This document shows positions 61,965-64,000 of a stretch of DNA of 64,000 bases, piece by piece. Each line of letters starts with the position of its first letter. Positions within the stretch are counted from its first letter, which is position 1. A model generated the notes under the pieces. It had not been told where the DNA came from, ran no database searches, and worked only from the letters and a program-made list of their open reading frames with translations. The position numbers and the translations under genes are program-made. The stretch is from Lingula anatina (Eukaryota > Animalia > Brachiopoda). The stretch is from positions 10,850,001 to 10,914,000 of the forward strand of contig CM120645.1 of NCBI GenBank assembly GCA_051362555.1, given 5' to 3'.

Positions 61965-64000
61965 GTAATCCATTGGTTGATATAAATTTTTATATAAAGA
62001 CATCATCAGTTGTACAGTTCACCCAAACAAAGTGCTATATGGGCAGTGTCTTCCATCAATAGCCATGCTAGAAGTGCCACCCCATGATATTGTGATATTA
62101 GGCTTTGTGTGTTTTCTTCTTTTAGTAATGGTTTTCTGTATGTACAGAATATATGTGAAAATGTTTAGTGGCACTCACATAGTTTCTAAACTAAAACTAG
62201 TTGAATTAACTGCTTTATCATAATATGACGTGCCCTTTACGAATGTCGCACCACAAAACTTAATATAGTCGCATGCCCTGAAGTGGCAGTATTTTTCTCA
62301 TAAATAGCTACTTTTTCTTTTATAAAACTTTTGTCCATTTCAGAGTGTGTAATATTAATTGCACATAGATCAATATACTTTGATACCTTTATCTGATATT
62401 AATATTATGGCTTAACTATTAACTTCAGTGGATAACTTTGTGTGTGGTATTTATTTTAAAAAAGCTTCAAAATATTAAAGCTTGATTCATGTCTTGAATA
62501 AACATAACTAACATTTATTTATTATGTAATCAGAAAAAGTGGGGCATTTGTGCCGTTTTTTTTTTTTTTTTTTAACAAAAATGAACTTAAATTGTTTTCA
62601 AGTTTCATACCTGTTATACTTGTGTTAAATTTATATTATATAAATAACACAGTTTGATTTAGCTTTGCATACATACATATATATATATTTAACAAAGCAT
62701 ACTTACTAAGCTATTTATGGTTTGACTGTCATACTATTTCTATAGATTTTTGTGCCCTTGAATGATCGTCCTTGATCACCTTAGCTGTTGCATGTTTTTT
62801 GTGTGTCTGAGACCATGGTTTTGCATATTGGATAGAGCTTACCTTGTGCTTTTTCTTATAGCTTTTTGATTACATTTATTGGATTAACAGGATTAAAGGA
62901 TTAACATTTTTAATTCTTCCCATATATGTTGCTCAGTGTCCTTTAGAGCAGTTACGTTATTATTTAGTTCTTTGCTCTATTTAATATACATGTAAGTATG
63001 ATTTCTAACTCATTATATTGTTTGAAGATTAAATGCGTCAGTCCCTTTAATGGAAGGTGTCCAAGTAGTGCAGTATAATCCATGCTTGAATTTTATCCCA
63101 TTTTACCATCTCCCTTTCTTGATTTTACATGAACATGTACCTCCTTTTGACATTTGACATCTATATAGCCAGCTCCCTTGCACTTTTTCCTTATCCAGGG
63201 ATGGTAAATTTCTTAAATTCTTTTTGGACAATTTTCTCCTTCATAATGTGAAAACACGCAAAAGTGTAAATTATTTCCTGTCATGTTATTGTATGGAATA
63301 AGAGAAAAATGGGGGAAATGTCATCAGAGGCTATGGAAGTACGTAGTTATGAAGGTATTTCTGTCTTGTGTTGTTAGCATACCTAGTGCTTTGTTCTTAT
63401 ATATCCAGTGCTTCAGTTTTCCTGTGTTGTTTCTTCTCCTGGTTGCTGTTAAAGTTATGAGGTGCAGCTTTGTCTCTAGGCATATTCTTCTTGCATGGCT
63501 TCTGACTTATTCTAGTATGTTATGATCTTTTTTTCTTTTCACACATCAGTATGTTTTATGGCTCATATTTAATCTTTTTAGTAAGCAGCTTTACATATTA
63601 CCTTGACTTACGGTAATAACTGCTTGACAAATTTGAGACCCGCGCCTAATTTGGTGGGCTTTTTAATTATTGCCATAAAACATGCACTCTTAAATGAACC
63701 CAGTATTCTTTTCAGAACCTTTGATTCTCCCTTTTTGGGTATCAACAAAATGGAAAAAAATGTCATGCCTGAGCCTACATTTATATTTTCCTTAATACTT
63801 CCTGGAATACTCCATCCTGTTGAATTCTTCATTGCTTAACCTTTCCTCTAACTCATTTTTCTTGGTGTTCTTTTGTCTGTTGTAGTTTTTCATACAGTAA
63901 CAGAGGAGAAAAGGGCAGTTCATTGCAGGTTAAGAAAAGAGGGGGCGTTCCTGTGAATGTTAAACTCACCCCAGTGTATGAGCTAGGCCAGTTTAAGTAT

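Noticed and set aside
63898-63928. Possible small ninth HPS3 exon (NRGEKGSSLQ)
   Set aside because: Splice signals are plausible, but there is no recognisable HPS3 motif and no downstream exon in the window to test phase.

Overview
Eukaryotic, AT-rich, intron-rich animal genomic DNA. The repeat types and gene content suggest a marine invertebrate such as a lophotrochozoan; this is an inference. Most long ORFs in the supplied track are exon fragments or repeat read-throughs. Two genes lie head-to-head. (1) On the minus strand, ~43944 to <401, is a very large extracellular mosaic gene that runs off the left edge and whose start/signal-peptide exon I could not find. I assembled 58 GT-AG exons by hand; they keep one reading frame (9531 nt, ~3177 aa). 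Domain order is: six highly divergent MAM-like two/three-exon modules, interrupted by a Gly-Tyr-Ser micro-exon cluster and a GN-x-T hexapeptide exon with ~21 N-glycosylation sequons; 5 EGF; TSP1; 3 EGF; NIDO; AMOP; VWD with GDPH; a cadherin-like domain; then at least 19 EGF in a 1+5 hexameric higher-order repeat. The NIDO-AMOP-VWD-EGF core is that of the MUC4/SUSD2/coral 'mucin-like protein' family. The N-terminal third is unusual. (2) On the plus strand from 58126 are the first 8 coding exons of HPS3 (BLOC-2 subunit), with a MiT/TFE-type GTCACATGAC box upstream. Introns and the intergenic region hold many non-autonomous DNA elements: PIF/Harbinger-type MITEs (one carries a nested TA-flanked element whose empty site is visible in a sister copy), Helentron/HINE (pearl-like) elements with internal satellites, CAGG..CCTG elements with 5-bp TSDs, and foldbacks. 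I found no transposase ORF, tRNA, rRNA or CRISPR array. All coordinates were read by eye and may be off by a few bases.
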